Positions 11,987-21,400 of a DNA stretch of 64,000 bases are shown here, piece after piece (the stretch's first letter is position 1; each line of letters begins with the position of its first letter). Below the pieces are notes generated by a model. The model was not told the DNA's origin, searched no databases, and saw only the letters and a program-made list of their open reading frames with translations. Source of the DNA: Alphaproteobacteria bacterium (GTDB lineage: Bacteria > Pseudomonadota > Gammaproteobacteria > JAGOUN01); the NCBI GenBank assembly GCA_021151585.1, contig JAGKWX010000002.1:5859-69858 (forward strand). The letters are read 5' to 3'. The position numbers and the translations under genes were made by a program.

Positions 11987-12739
11987 ATGGATATTAAAAT
12001 AAATATGTCGATCATTAAATTTCTTGATTGGGATTCCAACATTTTTGGTATAGCGATGGCCGCAGTGAATACACCCAAGCTCACCCCCGAGATCATGCCA
12101 CAAATAAACAACGAAGTCGAAAAACAAAAAATTCAATTTCTACAATATGTGTGCCCCTGTGGCGACTTAGAAAGCATTCAACAAGCAGAAAAAAATGGTT
12201 TTCATTTTGTTGATATTCGCTTAACCTTTCAAAAAATTTTATCGGCACAAGATGTTTTCCCCGAAAAAAAACCGGATATCACTTTTGGTCTAGCAACAGA
12301 ACAACACATTCCAGAGCTCATCGCTATGAGCACAAATCTCTATCAAGATTTTCGTTATTATGTTGACAAAAATTTTGCTCGCGAACAAGTAGACACATTT
12401 TATCACTCTTGGCTAAGTAATGCAGTTTACGGAAAATACGATCATCTTTGCTATTGTCTTTTTATTGACGATACTCCTATCGGCTATTGCACGATGCGTT
12501 TTACTGACCAACATACGGCATCGCTTGGTTTATTTGGCATTGCAGAAGCATACCAACGAAAATCGCTTGGCAATTATTTATTACACTTGACCTGCGCAGA
12601 TTTATTCAACCGGGGCTACAAAGAAGTTCACGTCGTCACACAAGGAAAAAATATCGGCGCGCAACGAACATACCAAGGTAATGGCTTTAAAACATTAAGC
12701 GTAGAAATGTGGTATCACTGGCGAAATTCCTATCTATAA
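11987..12739 (+). CDS. WecD-like amino-sugar N-acetyltransferase (GNAT)
   Basis: LDWDSNIFG, FYHSWLSNAVYGKYDHLCY and HVVTQGKNIGAQRTYQGNGF parallel E. coli WecD ([48 protein letters not shown]). The start is uncertain: the ORF opens at 11942, overlapping the arnD stop. Confidence 0.65.
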   Translation: MDIKINMSIIKFLDWDSNIFGIAMAAVNTPKLTPEIMPQINNEVEKQKIQFLQYVCPCGDLESIQQAEKNGFHFVDIRLTFQKILSAQDVFPEKKPDITFGLATEQHIPELIAMSTNLYQDFRYYVDKNFAREQVDTFYHSWLSNAVYGKYDHLCYCLFIDDTPIGYCTMRFTDQHTASLGLFGIAEAYQRKSLGNYLLHLTCADLFNRGYKEVHVVTQGKNIGAQRTYQGNGFKTLSVEMWYHWRNSYL

Positions 12740-12819
12740 TGAAAGCAGATTATGAACAGTCTCCATAGACAATAGCACTGTTAGCTGAATCACCTTGTCA
12801 AAAATATTGTATACACATA

Positions 12820-14172
12820 TTAAACTAACGGCATCCCTCTTCCAATCCCTGAATAAATAAACCCATGACGCTGCATTTCTTCAGGATCATAAATATTACG
12901 GCCATCAATAATTATTTTTTGTTTTAGTTTAGATTTAATGAGCTCCAAATCAGGATACAAAAACGATTTCCACTCGGTTAATATCACTAATATCTCCGAA
13001 CCTTCTAACGCTGAGTATTGGTCATCGACAATAGTTAAACGACCAGATGAAAAATACCCTTCGGGAAAAGCACGTTTTGCACTTTCTTTGGCAACAGGGT
13101 CGTAAGCAGAAATTTTCGCACCAGCACGAACCATTTCTTGAATAAACACTTGCGAAGAAGCTTCACGCATATCATCAGTTTCCGGCTTAAAGGCCAATCC
13201 CCACACAGCGATTTTGATGCCTGCCACATCCTCACCCAATACACGCAACACTTTCTGCACTAAAACACGTTTCTGCAACGCATTACGGGCTTCGACTGCC
13301 TGCAAAATTATAGGCTCAAAATCTTGTTCTTTCGCCATGCCGACGAGCGCTTTTACATCTTTGGGGAAACATGATCCGCCATAACCACAGCCTGGAAACA
13401 AAAATTTTTCACCTACTCGACTATCGCTACCAATGCCCATACGAACATTATCAACATCAACGCCTAATTTCTCACACATGCCAGCTATTTCATTCATAAA
13501 GGAAATACGCGTTGCTAACATCGCATTCACAGCATATTTTGTCATTTCCGCATCTTTTACCGCCATATACAAAATCTTACCACCGTGGGCACGAATAATA
13601 GGCGCATAGAGCTGCGACATCACTTCTTTTGCTTGTTCTGTCGGATATCCCACCACTAAACGATCCGGCTTCATGAAATCTTCAATCGCCGCACCCTCTT
13701 TTAAAAATTCTGGATTACTGACGACATCAAATTGCACATCATGCAAAGCGCGCTTATCTAATTCTTCACGCACCGCCGCATGAACTTTATCTGCCACACC
13801 CACAGGCACCGTAGATTTATCGACGATCACACAGTATTTTTCTATATGCTGGCCAATCATACGTACTGCAGCAATAACATACCGCAAATCCGCCAAACCA
13901 ACTTCGTCACTCGGCGTGCCGACTGCGACGTAATAAACATCCGACGCACCCTTTTGTTCTGATAAATCAGTGATAAATGCTAATCGACCTGCTGCATAGT
14001 TACGCTTGACGATCTCTTCTAAGCCTGGTTCATAAATCGGGATGTGTCCCTGTTTCAGTGCAGCTATTTTTTCTTTATTTACATCCATGCAAGTAACGTG
14101 ATTACCAAGCTCTGCTAAACAAGCCCCAGTCACCAATCCAACGTAACCTGTACCTAGTACCGTAATTCGCAT
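12820..14172 (-). CDS. ugd: UDP-glucose 6-dehydrogenase
   Basis: 450 aa. MRITVLGTGYVGLVTG Rossmann motif and the catalytic GGSCFPKD motif. Confidence 0.9.
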   Translation of the reverse strand: MRITVLGTGYVGLVTGACLAELGNHVTCMDVNKEKIAALKQGHIPIYEPGLEEIVKRNYAAGRLAFITDLSEQKGASDVYYVAVGTPSDEVGLADLRYVIAAVRMIGQHIEKYCVIVDKSTVPVGVADKVHAAVREELDKRALHDVQFDVVSNPEFLKEGAAIEDFMKPDRLVVGYPTEQAKEVMSQLYAPIIRAHGGKILYMAVKDAEMTKYAVNAMLATRISFMNEIAGMCEKLGVDVDNVRMGIGSDSRVGEKFLFPGCGYGGSCFPKDVKALVGMAKEQDFEPIILQAVEARNALQKRVLVQKVLRVLGEDVAGIKIAVWGLAFKPETDDMREASSQVFIQEMVRAGAKISAYDPVAKESAKRAFPEGYFSSGRLTIVDDQYSALEGSEILVILTEWKSFLYPDLELIKSKLKQKIIIDGRNIYDPEEMQRHGFIYSGIGRGMPLV

Positions 14173-14462
14173 TTATTACCCTATCTTACTGCTAAATTTT
14201 GGATGGAAATCCTACCATCGATTGACAAAAAAAGCATCCAATTACTGGGAATAGCGATTGCACCAGATTTTGCGATGAGAATCGCAGCGCACAAGCTTAA
14301 AGTGATAAAGCGCTCACCAGTATAGTGAAGAAAAAAATCAACAACATTGTTTAGATACAGCGCATCTAGCTTGCGTAGCAGATTTTAACTGTGAAACCTA
14401 GGTTTAAATCAAGCAACACTATGCTATGATTCAATTTTATTATTTTGCGAGAGGACGGCGTC

Positions 14463-15683
14463 GTGCGAAAAATATTTATCTCTTCTGTTGTTGGATTATC
14501 CTGCTTATTTATCAATCAATCTGTTACGGCAGAAGACAGCATGCCGATCCCAGACAACGCCCTTGCTTTGCCGATTGCAGCATCAGCGCCAAGCGCACCA
14601 CAACCTGTCATGGTTCCTCAAGCACCATCTATTGACGCTAAAGCCTACGTGATTATGGATGTGGCTACTGGGAACGTTATCGCACAAAGTAATATGGATC
14701 AACGCTTAGAGCCTGCGAGCCTAACAAAATTAATGTCTACTTACGTTGTTTTTAGCTCTATCCAAAATCACAACATTAACCTAGACGATAGCGTACGAGT
14801 AAGTGAAGCAGCTTGGAAAGCCGAAGGCTCACGTATGTTTATCAAAGTTGGTGATGAAGTTAAAGTCAGCGACTTAATTCAAGGTGATATCGTCGCTTCT
14901 GGCAACGACGCAACTATCGCCTTGTCTGAACATGTCGCAGGTAGCGAGTCATCTTTTGTTGAAATGATGAATGCAGCCGCACAAAATATCGGCATGGTAA
15001 ACTCAAACTTTATTGACGCCACTGGCTTGCCAGCTGAAAATCACTATACGACCGCGGAAGATTTAGCAAAATTATCACGCGCTATCATTCTGCAGTTCCC
15101 AGATCAATACCATTGGTTCTCTGAAAAATGGTTTGAATACGGCGGCATTAAGCAACCTAACCGCAATCGCTTGCTCTGGCAATACCCAGGCACTGATGGC
15201 CTAAAAACAGGACATACTAACGCCGCTGGATACTGCTTAATAGCTTCTGCGATAAAAGGCAATACTCGCTTATTAGTTGTGGTTATGGGTGCGCCAACAG
15301 ATGCAGCGCGCGCAGCCGATGCAATCAAATTATTTACTTATGGCTTTAGATTTTTCCAAAGCACACAATTATTTGCAGCAAATACGCCATTAACAAGCGC
15401 TCGCGTGTGGAAAGGTGAACAGAAAGAAGTACAACTCGGCGTAACAACTCCCGTTAGCGTAAGTCTTCCTGTTGGCGCTGATAAATTAGTCAAAAATACT
15501 ATTGAAGTGAACCCTAATTTAATCGCTCCGATTGTTAAAGGCCAAACCTATGGCAAAATCACAGTGACATACCAAGGTAATGTCGTCGCAACTGCGCCGC
15601 TAGTGGCATTAGAAGATGACCCAAAAGGTGGATTCTTCCGAAGCGTTGCGGATGGCATTGCGAAGTTGTTTCATAAAGAATAA
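14463..15683 (+). CDS. dacA: D-alanyl-D-alanine carboxypeptidase (PBP5/6 family)
   Basis: Signal peptide, SLTK active-site motif, SGN and KTGHT motifs. dacA-ybeD-lipB synteny. GTG start at 14463 with GAGGA 7 nt upstream. Confidence 0.85.
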   Translation: MRKIFISSVVGLSCLFINQSVTAEDSMPIPDNALALPIAASAPSAPQPVMVPQAPSIDAKAYVIMDVATGNVIAQSNMDQRLEPASLTKLMSTYVVFSSIQNHNINLDDSVRVSEAAWKAEGSRMFIKVGDEVKVSDLIQGDIVASGNDATIALSEHVAGSESSFVEMMNAAAQNIGMVNSNFIDATGLPAENHYTTAEDLAKLSRAIILQFPDQYHWFSEKWFEYGGIKQPNRNRLLWQYPGTDGLKTGHTNAAGYCLIASAIKGNTRLLVVVMGAPTDAARAADAIKLFTYGFRFFQSTQLFAANTPLTSARVWKGEQKEVQLGVTTPVSVSLPVGADKLVKNTIEVNPNLIAPIVKGQTYGKITVTYQGNVVATAPLVALEDDPKGGFFRSVADGIAKLFHKE

Positions 15684-15690
15684 ACACGTA

Positions 15691-15717
15691 GGGGCAGGCG
15701 CAGGGGCCTGCCCTGCG
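15691..15717 (+). terminator. GC-rich stem-loop between dacA and dat; alternative pairings are possible and there is no T-run
   Basis: gggcaggc (15692-15699) pairs with gcctgccc (15706-15713). An alternative stem is cgcaggg/ccctgcg. It is a local GC island in an AT-rich 53-bp spacer. Confidence 0.3.
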
Positions 15718-15763
15718 TTAGGGCACGCACAATGGGTTGCCCTTCAAAATGTGGAAAAAAATC

Positions 15764-16600
15764 ATGAACAACACCATCTACCTCAACGGCAACTATCTCG
15801 ATATTCAGGATGCCAAAATTTCTCCGCTTGATCGAGGCTTCTTGTTTGGCGACAGTGTTTACGAAGTTATTCCTGTCTACAACAATACACTCTTCACAGC
15901 AAAAGAACATATAGATCGCCTAACCCACAGCTTAAACGCGTTAAATATTGCACAACCACTAAGCCACAACGAATGGATTAATATTTTTGAAAAGTTATTG
16001 TCTTTCCCACATGATGGCGATCGCATGATTTATGTCCAAGTAACGCGTGGCGCATATCCAGATCGCACGCATGCCAGCCCACAAAAGATCACACCAACGA
16101 TTTTTGCTGCCGCGTTACCAGTAACCAAAAAAGATGTGTCACAAGGCATTATTGCCATTACCGTGACCGATGAACGCTGGGCAAAATGTCGTATAAAAGC
16201 GACAACTTTACTAGCCAACACGTTAGCAAAAGACGCTGCACAACGCGCACATGCACAAGATGCGATCTTCATTCGCGATGGTTATGCACTCGAGGGCACA
16301 GCGAGCAATTTATTTATCGTACGCGCCAATACAGTAATCACTGCGCCATTATCAGCAAATATTTTACCAGGCATCACACGAGCTCACGTGATCAACCTAT
16401 TGCAAGAACAGAATATTCCCGTTGAAGAACGTTTAATAACAGAAACCGAGTTAAAAAACGCCGACGAAGTGTGGTTAACAGGGTCAGTTTCGGAAATCGT
16501 GCCTGTGGTTGTATTGGATAATCAAAAAATTGGCACTGGGGAACCCGGTGAAATATTTAAACAGGCAATAAATTTATATAACCGGCTTACCAAGATTTAA
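15764..16600 (+). CDS. dat: D-amino-acid (D-alanine) aminotransferase, class IV PLP enzyme
   Basis: ISPLDRGFLFGDSVYEVIPVYN..LFTAKEHIDRL, VQVTRG and LPGITR are collinear with remembered Bacillus Dat. Starts at 15737 (TTG) and 15749 are also possible. Confidence 0.8.
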   Translation: MNNTIYLNGNYLDIQDAKISPLDRGFLFGDSVYEVIPVYNNTLFTAKEHIDRLTHSLNALNIAQPLSHNEWINIFEKLLSFPHDGDRMIYVQVTRGAYPDRTHASPQKITPTIFAAALPVTKKDVSQGIIAITVTDERWAKCRIKATTLLANTLAKDAAQRAHAQDAIFIRDGYALEGTASNLFIVRANTVITAPLSANILPGITRAHVINLLQEQNIPVEERLITETELKNADEVWLTGSVSEIVPVVVLDNQKIGTGEPGEIFKQAINLYNRLTKI

Positions 16601-16714
16601 AATGATCTAACAGATGTTAATCGCGCCGCTTAAGATCATTCGTCTTCTGTTGATGGACCTATGTGCGGATTAAATACAGGATAGCGCGGTAATAAATACA
16701 TAGAGGACTCAAAC

Positions 16715-16993
16715 ATGCACGAACCAAATTCACACCAAGAAACTTCACTGATTGAATTTCCATGCGCTTTCACTATTAAAACTTTTGGGAAAAACACTCC
16801 TGAATATCAAGTTGCTGTATTGAATATTATCAAGCACTATGCCGAATTATCAGAAAATACCGTCAGAGAACGCTACAGCAAAGACAAAAATTACTTGGCT
16901 TTGAGCATTACAATCCAAGCGCAAAATAAGCAACAATTAGATAATATTTATCACGCATTAACCAAGGAACCCTTGGTCACTATGGCGCTATAA
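16715..16993 (+). CDS. ybeD: YbeD-family protein (DUF493)
   Basis: 92 aa. FPC.F.IK..G pattern, located directly upstream of lipB as in E. coli. Confidence 0.75.
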   Translation: MHEPNSHQETSLIEFPCAFTIKTFGKNTPEYQVAVLNIIKHYAELSENTVRERYSKDKNYLALSITIQAQNKQQLDNIYHALTKEPLVTMAL

Positions 16994-16997
16994 AATA

Positions 16998-17660
16998 ATG
17001 AAAATACGTTATCTAGGTCAACAAGATTTCCTTGAAACATGGCGAAAAATGCATGACTTTACAGAAAACCGCGATCAAAACACGGAAGATGAACTATGGA
17101 TTTTAGAGCACTCTGCGGTTTTTACTCAAGGGTTAGCAGGCAAGCCTGAGCATATTTTACATCCACATGATATCGCCGTAGTACAAACCGATAGAGGCGG
17201 ACAAGCAACTTATCACGGCCCAGGCCAAATTATTGCTTACGTTTTATATGATTTAAAGCGAGCAAACATCGGCGTACGGTCTCTGGTTACCAAGCTTGAA
17301 CAAAGTATTATACAATTATTAACTCGCTATGGCGTACAAGCGAATAGTGAATGTGCACGACCAGGAGTATACGTCAATAGCGAAAAAATAGCCTCAATTG
17401 GCTTGCGAGTTAAAAAAGGGTGTAGTTATCATGGCATCAGCTTCAACGTCGATATGGATTTAACGCCATTTACCTTTATCAACCCTTGTGGTTATAAACA
17501 GCTGAAAATGACTCAACTCAAAACATACCTCCCATCGCTCAATATGACAAATATTCAGTCAGAATTAGCTGACTGCATTGAAAAGCAGTTGCACTCCAGC
17601 ACTGAGCCCGGGATAATTAGCAACCCCGAAAAATCATGCGGAGCCCTGAGTGATTCATGA
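16998..17660 (+). CDS. lipB: Octanoyltransferase (lipoyl(octanoyl) transferase)
   Basis: LEH..VFT.G, TDRGGQATYHGPGQ and KIASIGLRV motifs. Confidence 0.9.
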   Translation: MKIRYLGQQDFLETWRKMHDFTENRDQNTEDELWILEHSAVFTQGLAGKPEHILHPHDIAVVQTDRGGQATYHGPGQIIAYVLYDLKRANIGVRSLVTKLEQSIIQLLTRYGVQANSECARPGVYVNSEKIASIGLRVKKGCSYHGISFNVDMDLTPFTFINPCGYKQLKMTQLKTYLPSLNMTNIQSELADCIEKQLHSSTEPGIISNPEKSCGALSDS

Positions 17661-19653
17661 GCTAATAAGACAACTGGTCATATGGATTTATCAACACCCT
17701 ACCTGGGCAGGTTTTGCCCTATTTTTATTGTCCGCCGGCGAATCGATGACTCTCATTGGTTCGTTTATTCCTGGCACCATAGTTATGACAGCGGTAGGTA
17801 TTTTTATTGGGGCAGAACTACTCCCTTATTGGCCTATGGTACTCTGGGCTGCGTGTGGCACTTTAGTAGGCGACGCACTCAACTTCACTTTTGGCTATTA
17901 CCTCAAAGATAATATTAAAAATGTTTGGCCCTTTAAAACACGACAACATTGGCTAACCAAAGGACAATATTTTTTTGAAGAACACGGCGGTAAAAGCATT
18001 TATTTTGCCCGATTCATAGGGCCTCTGCGCGCCTTCGCGCCTATTATCGCTGGCGCAATGCGTATGTCACCCAGTAAATTTTACTTGATTGACACGCTGT
18101 CAGCATTCACTTGGGCGATTATGTATTTGCTTCCCGGTGTATTATTAGGCGAAGCCTCTTTGGAGTTATCGCCGGATATCACGGAACACTTGTTTCGTTT
18201 TGTTTTTCTGACACTGGTGATAATTATTGTTGCAGTATGGGCAATACGATTATTGATATTACATATTAATGATGTCGTTAAAAATGCGCTGTCATGTTTA
18301 TGGACAAAAATCAAAGAAACACCTTCACTACAGTGGATGAGAACTGGGTTCCGCCACCATAAAGAAGACCATCCTCGCGGCCAATTAGGGACTATATTTG
18401 TTTTATTAGTTATTGCCGCCGCTTTTTTCACATGGACGATGTGCGTTTATCTCAATTCGCCTTTAATTAGCGTATACAATAGCGAAATTTATCATTTTAC
18501 TCACAGCTTGCGCACGGCTTCTCTAGATAAGCTCATGCTATTCACTACTTTGTTAGGTGAAAAACACATCATTGCCGTGGTCTTAGTTGGAGCCTTAGCC
18601 TGGATGATGTATCAACGCTGTTGGCGTGCCGCATGTTTTTTAGCGAGCGCAGTAGCCTTGGGCGTGATCAGCACTTATATACTTAAAAACTGTATTCACT
18701 ATCATCGGCCCAACTTAGCCTTTGAAGCTCTTGATGGCTTTTCTTATCCTAGCGGCCATGTCGTTATTAGTACTATCTTTTATGGTGGGCTTGCTTATCT
18801 TATTGCCAGCAAACATAGCACTATGAAATATCGGTGGATCATATATACTGCTGCCATCATTCTAATCAGCGCGATTGCCTGTTCACGTGCCTTTCTAGGT
18901 GCGCATTGGCTATCAGATGTGGTTGGTGGCATTCTTCTCGGTTGGCTATCTTTGTTAATTATGGCGTTCTTTTATCAACGTCATGCCGTGCAAGATATCG
19001 ATGCAAAGAAATTGATTCCTGCCTTAATTATTTTACAAGCTGTGTTAACCATCGGATATGCCCAGTATTATCATGAAAATTTAATCAACGATTATCAATT
19101 AAATATTCATCCACAAGTCGAACAAATGACAATACACGAGTGGAGGCAACAAACAACCGCGAACATTCCTTCTATGGCAACAAATCGTTTTGGTGTAGCA
19201 AGAGAATTTTTAAATATTCAGTGGGCTGGCAATCAACATGATGTCATCGCAACACTAAAACACTACGGATGGAAATCTGCTCTAGAACAGCATAACTGGG
19301 TATTAGAAATTCAACACCCAGAAGAAGAAAAGATTCCAACCATTCATGTGCGCTTTAAAATGCGTTACGTATATGACCAAAAAGCAAGCATGATCTACTA
19401 TAAAGCGATCGAAAACATGCCGCACACCTTTATGGTTTTACAACTATGGAAAACAAATATTGAACTACAATCAGATAGTATGAGTCTATTTGTAGGTATA
19501 TTAAATGTTAAAACAGATGACAAAAAAATCAAAAACAATATCAACGATAAACGCATGATCGCTGAATTTACACATGGTTTTGATCAGACCACGAAGATAG
19601 ATATCGTCAAAACAGATGTCCCGGTGGTTTTAATACAATCACAAGCCAATTAA
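17650..19653 (+). CDS. Three-module membrane protein: DedA/VTT domain + PAP2 acid phosphatase + C-terminal soluble domain (possibly LssY_C-like)
   Basis: The N-terminal ~200 aa carry the DedA pattern (GES..LIGSFIPG, GD.LNF.FGYY, ARFIGPLRAF.PIIAG). The middle has PAP2 motifs K......RP / PSGH / SRAFLGAHWLSD. The last ~200 aa are non-membrane. Confidence 0.7.
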   Translation: MIHELIRQLVIWIYQHPTWAGFALFLLSAGESMTLIGSFIPGTIVMTAVGIFIGAELLPYWPMVLWAACGTLVGDALNFTFGYYLKDNIKNVWPFKTRQHWLTKGQYFFEEHGGKSIYFARFIGPLRAFAPIIAGAMRMSPSKFYLIDTLSAFTWAIMYLLPGVLLGEASLELSPDITEHLFRFVFLTLVIIIVAVWAIRLLILHINDVVKNALSCLWTKIKETPSLQWMRTGFRHHKEDHPRGQLGTIFVLLVIAAAFFTWTMCVYLNSPLISVYNSEIYHFTHSLRTASLDKLMLFTTLLGEKHIIAVVLVGALAWMMYQRCWRAACFLASAVALGVISTYILKNCIHYHRPNLAFEALDGFSYPSGHVVISTIFYGGLAYLIASKHSTMKYRWIIYTAAIILISAIACSRAFLGAHWLSDVVGGILLGWLSLLIMAFFYQRHAVQDIDAKKLIPALIILQAVLTIGYAQYYHENLINDYQLNIHPQVEQMTIHEWRQQTTANIPSMATNRFGVAREFLNIQWAGNQHDVIATLKHYGWKSALEQHNWVLEIQHPEEEKIPTIHVRFKMRYVYDQKASMIYYKAIENMPHTFMVLQLWKTNIELQSDSMSLFVGILNVKTDDKKIKNNINDKRMIAEFTHGFDQTTKIDIVKTDVPVVLIQSQAN

Positions 19654-19665
19654 TCTCTGAAAATA

Positions 19666-19688
19666 AGGGCGATCCCACGGACCGCCCT
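19666..19688. terminator. Short stem-loop between the convergent DedA-PAP2 gene and comEA
   Basis: agggcg (19666-19671) pairs with cgccct (19683-19688). 11-nt loop, A/T-rich flanks. Confidence 0.35.
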
Positions 19689-19695
19689 ATTGATA

Positions 19696-19995
19696 TTATT
19701 TTACCGTCAACTTCGGCGCTAGTTTGTCAGCAAGTGTTTTGCTAACTCCTTTTACCTCAGCAATATCTTTGACGTCTTTGAAATTACCATGCAGGTCTCG
19801 ATAGGCAACGATAGCTTTTGCAGTTTGTGGTCCAACATGATCTAAGCATTGATCAAGTAGAACGGCATCGGCTTGGTTAATATTGAGCTGCGCCGGACAA
19901 GTGATGCTGGTGGTATTCGCAGCAAATAAAGGAAGGGAGGTGGCAATTGCAAAAGTAGCAACGGCAAGGCGAACACAAGCTAGAGGGTTTTTCAT
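19696..19995 (-). CDS. comEA: ComEA-family helix-hairpin-helix DNA-binding protein (periplasmic)
   Basis: Signal peptide, then INQADAV.L.....VGP..A.AIV.YR...G.F..V.D...V.G tandem HhH pattern. ATG at 19995 is preceded by GGAGAA. Confidence 0.75.
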   Translation of the reverse strand: MKNPLACVRLAVATFAIATSLPLFAANTTSITCPAQLNINQADAVLLDQCLDHVGPQTAKAIVAYRDLHGNFKDVKDIAEVKGVSKTLADKLAPKLTVK

Positions 19996-20081
19996 GGGAT
20001 TTCTCCGATTCTCGCGTGCTCCTCTTAGCATCTCGATCGCGATAACGCGATTAGAGATGCTACGGCATTGCACTGATGAAA

Positions 20082-21203
20082 TCAAGAGTTTCCGACCATA
20101 TTAGCCAATGGAATATCCGCTCGTTTAGTGGAGACAGACGCAGAAACGGGGGCACAAAACATCATGGAATGTTGATGACTACGACAATTCGCACCAGCCT
20201 GACATGTAGCATGCTGAGCATGAGAGGTGGTCTCAGTGTTATCATCGTCACCGTGAGGGATAGCCTCAGCCTCATGATGCCAGGCTTCAAACGTCACAAA
20301 AATAGCATTAACCATCTGCAAAGCAATAAAAATTATTTTACTGCCATTTTGAGCAGAAATCTCTGCGTCCTTAAATGTATTATGCCAATTAAATATTGCC
20401 ATACTCATAGAGCCCAAAAATAAAATCATAAGCTTAGTCATTGAGATCATAGTGACTTCAGGAATATGCGGCTGCTGATGCGCAACTGCTTCAACGTTTG
20501 AAAGATAAAATTCTATAAATAAAGCAGCACATACCCAATAGAACCAAAAGCCTTTCGCATTCCAAATATCGGCTGAATCACTTAATGCATGCCCAACCAT
20601 CAACGTAACAATCCATAATTTGGTCATCCAAGATAATTCGAGATATTTACTCATCGCTTGTGACTGTAATTGTAAATGATTAATATGTGGCGCCGCTTCT
20701 ACAGCGGCATAAGCGACAAGATAAATCAACTTTAGCGTTGTCCACACAGGATCAAATTTATCATTCAAACCAATTTTTGTTAGACCCAGCGGCAAAGTCA
20801 ACGTTAATACGCCCACAAGGACTAAAGCTTTATGCTGCATAGACCAAGGCCGCATAGGAGAAATATCATGACTGCGAGGACGTAAGTGACTTTGAATATG
20901 CTCTAGCTCTTCTTGCTCGTCGAACATTTCTATAAAGTGACGTGCATAAAAAACCCAAGCAAGACGGGCAATAAAACTATTTGCAATAATACTAAAAATA
21001 ACTCCGCCTATCGGGTAACGCTTAATCATATCCACCGAAGACAAAACAAATGGCAGAATAAACACAGCCGATACCATCGATTTGACCACTAATTCTTGAT
21101 GCTTGCTACTCACACACATGGAACTCTGCTGAATAGTAGATGGCAATAAAGTCTCTTTTAAGCCGTTTTCTGTTCGCCGAAATATAGAATATATCTTGGT
21201 CAT
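20082..21203 (-). CDS. Hypothetical polytopic membrane protein with a His/Asp/Cys-rich C-terminal tail
   Basis: 373-aa ORF with multiple hydrophobic segments. The tail is WHHEAEAIPHGDDDNTETTSHAQHATCQAGANCRSHQH. I recognise no family. Confidence 0.5.
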   Translation of the reverse strand: MTKIYSIFRRTENGLKETLLPSTIQQSSMCVSSKHQELVVKSMVSAVFILPFVLSSVDMIKRYPIGGVIFSIIANSFIARLAWVFYARHFIEMFDEQEELEHIQSHLRPRSHDISPMRPWSMQHKALVLVGVLTLTLPLGLTKIGLNDKFDPVWTTLKLIYLVAYAAVEAAPHINHLQLQSQAMSKYLELSWMTKLWIVTLMVGHALSDSADIWNAKGFWFYWVCAALFIEFYLSNVEAVAHQQPHIPEVTMISMTKLMILFLGSMSMAIFNWHNTFKDAEISAQNGSKIIFIALQMVNAIFVTFEAWHHEAEAIPHGDDDNTETTSHAQHATCQAGANCRSHQHSMMFCAPVSASVSTKRADIPLANMVGNS

Positions 21204-21400
21204 GATTTATACAAATATTGATTAAGGCGCGCATCATAATACCTAAGCCTCGCGCAGTCAATTGTTTATTTTGATTGTTTGCAACACCGATCCGTCCGAT
21301 AGAGCATAATCACGAGAAGTACAGCGAACATGTCAGCTACTTGCTCAAATCAACTGCAAATGTTATATCATAGAATATAGGAATATTTTTAAGGATTTTT

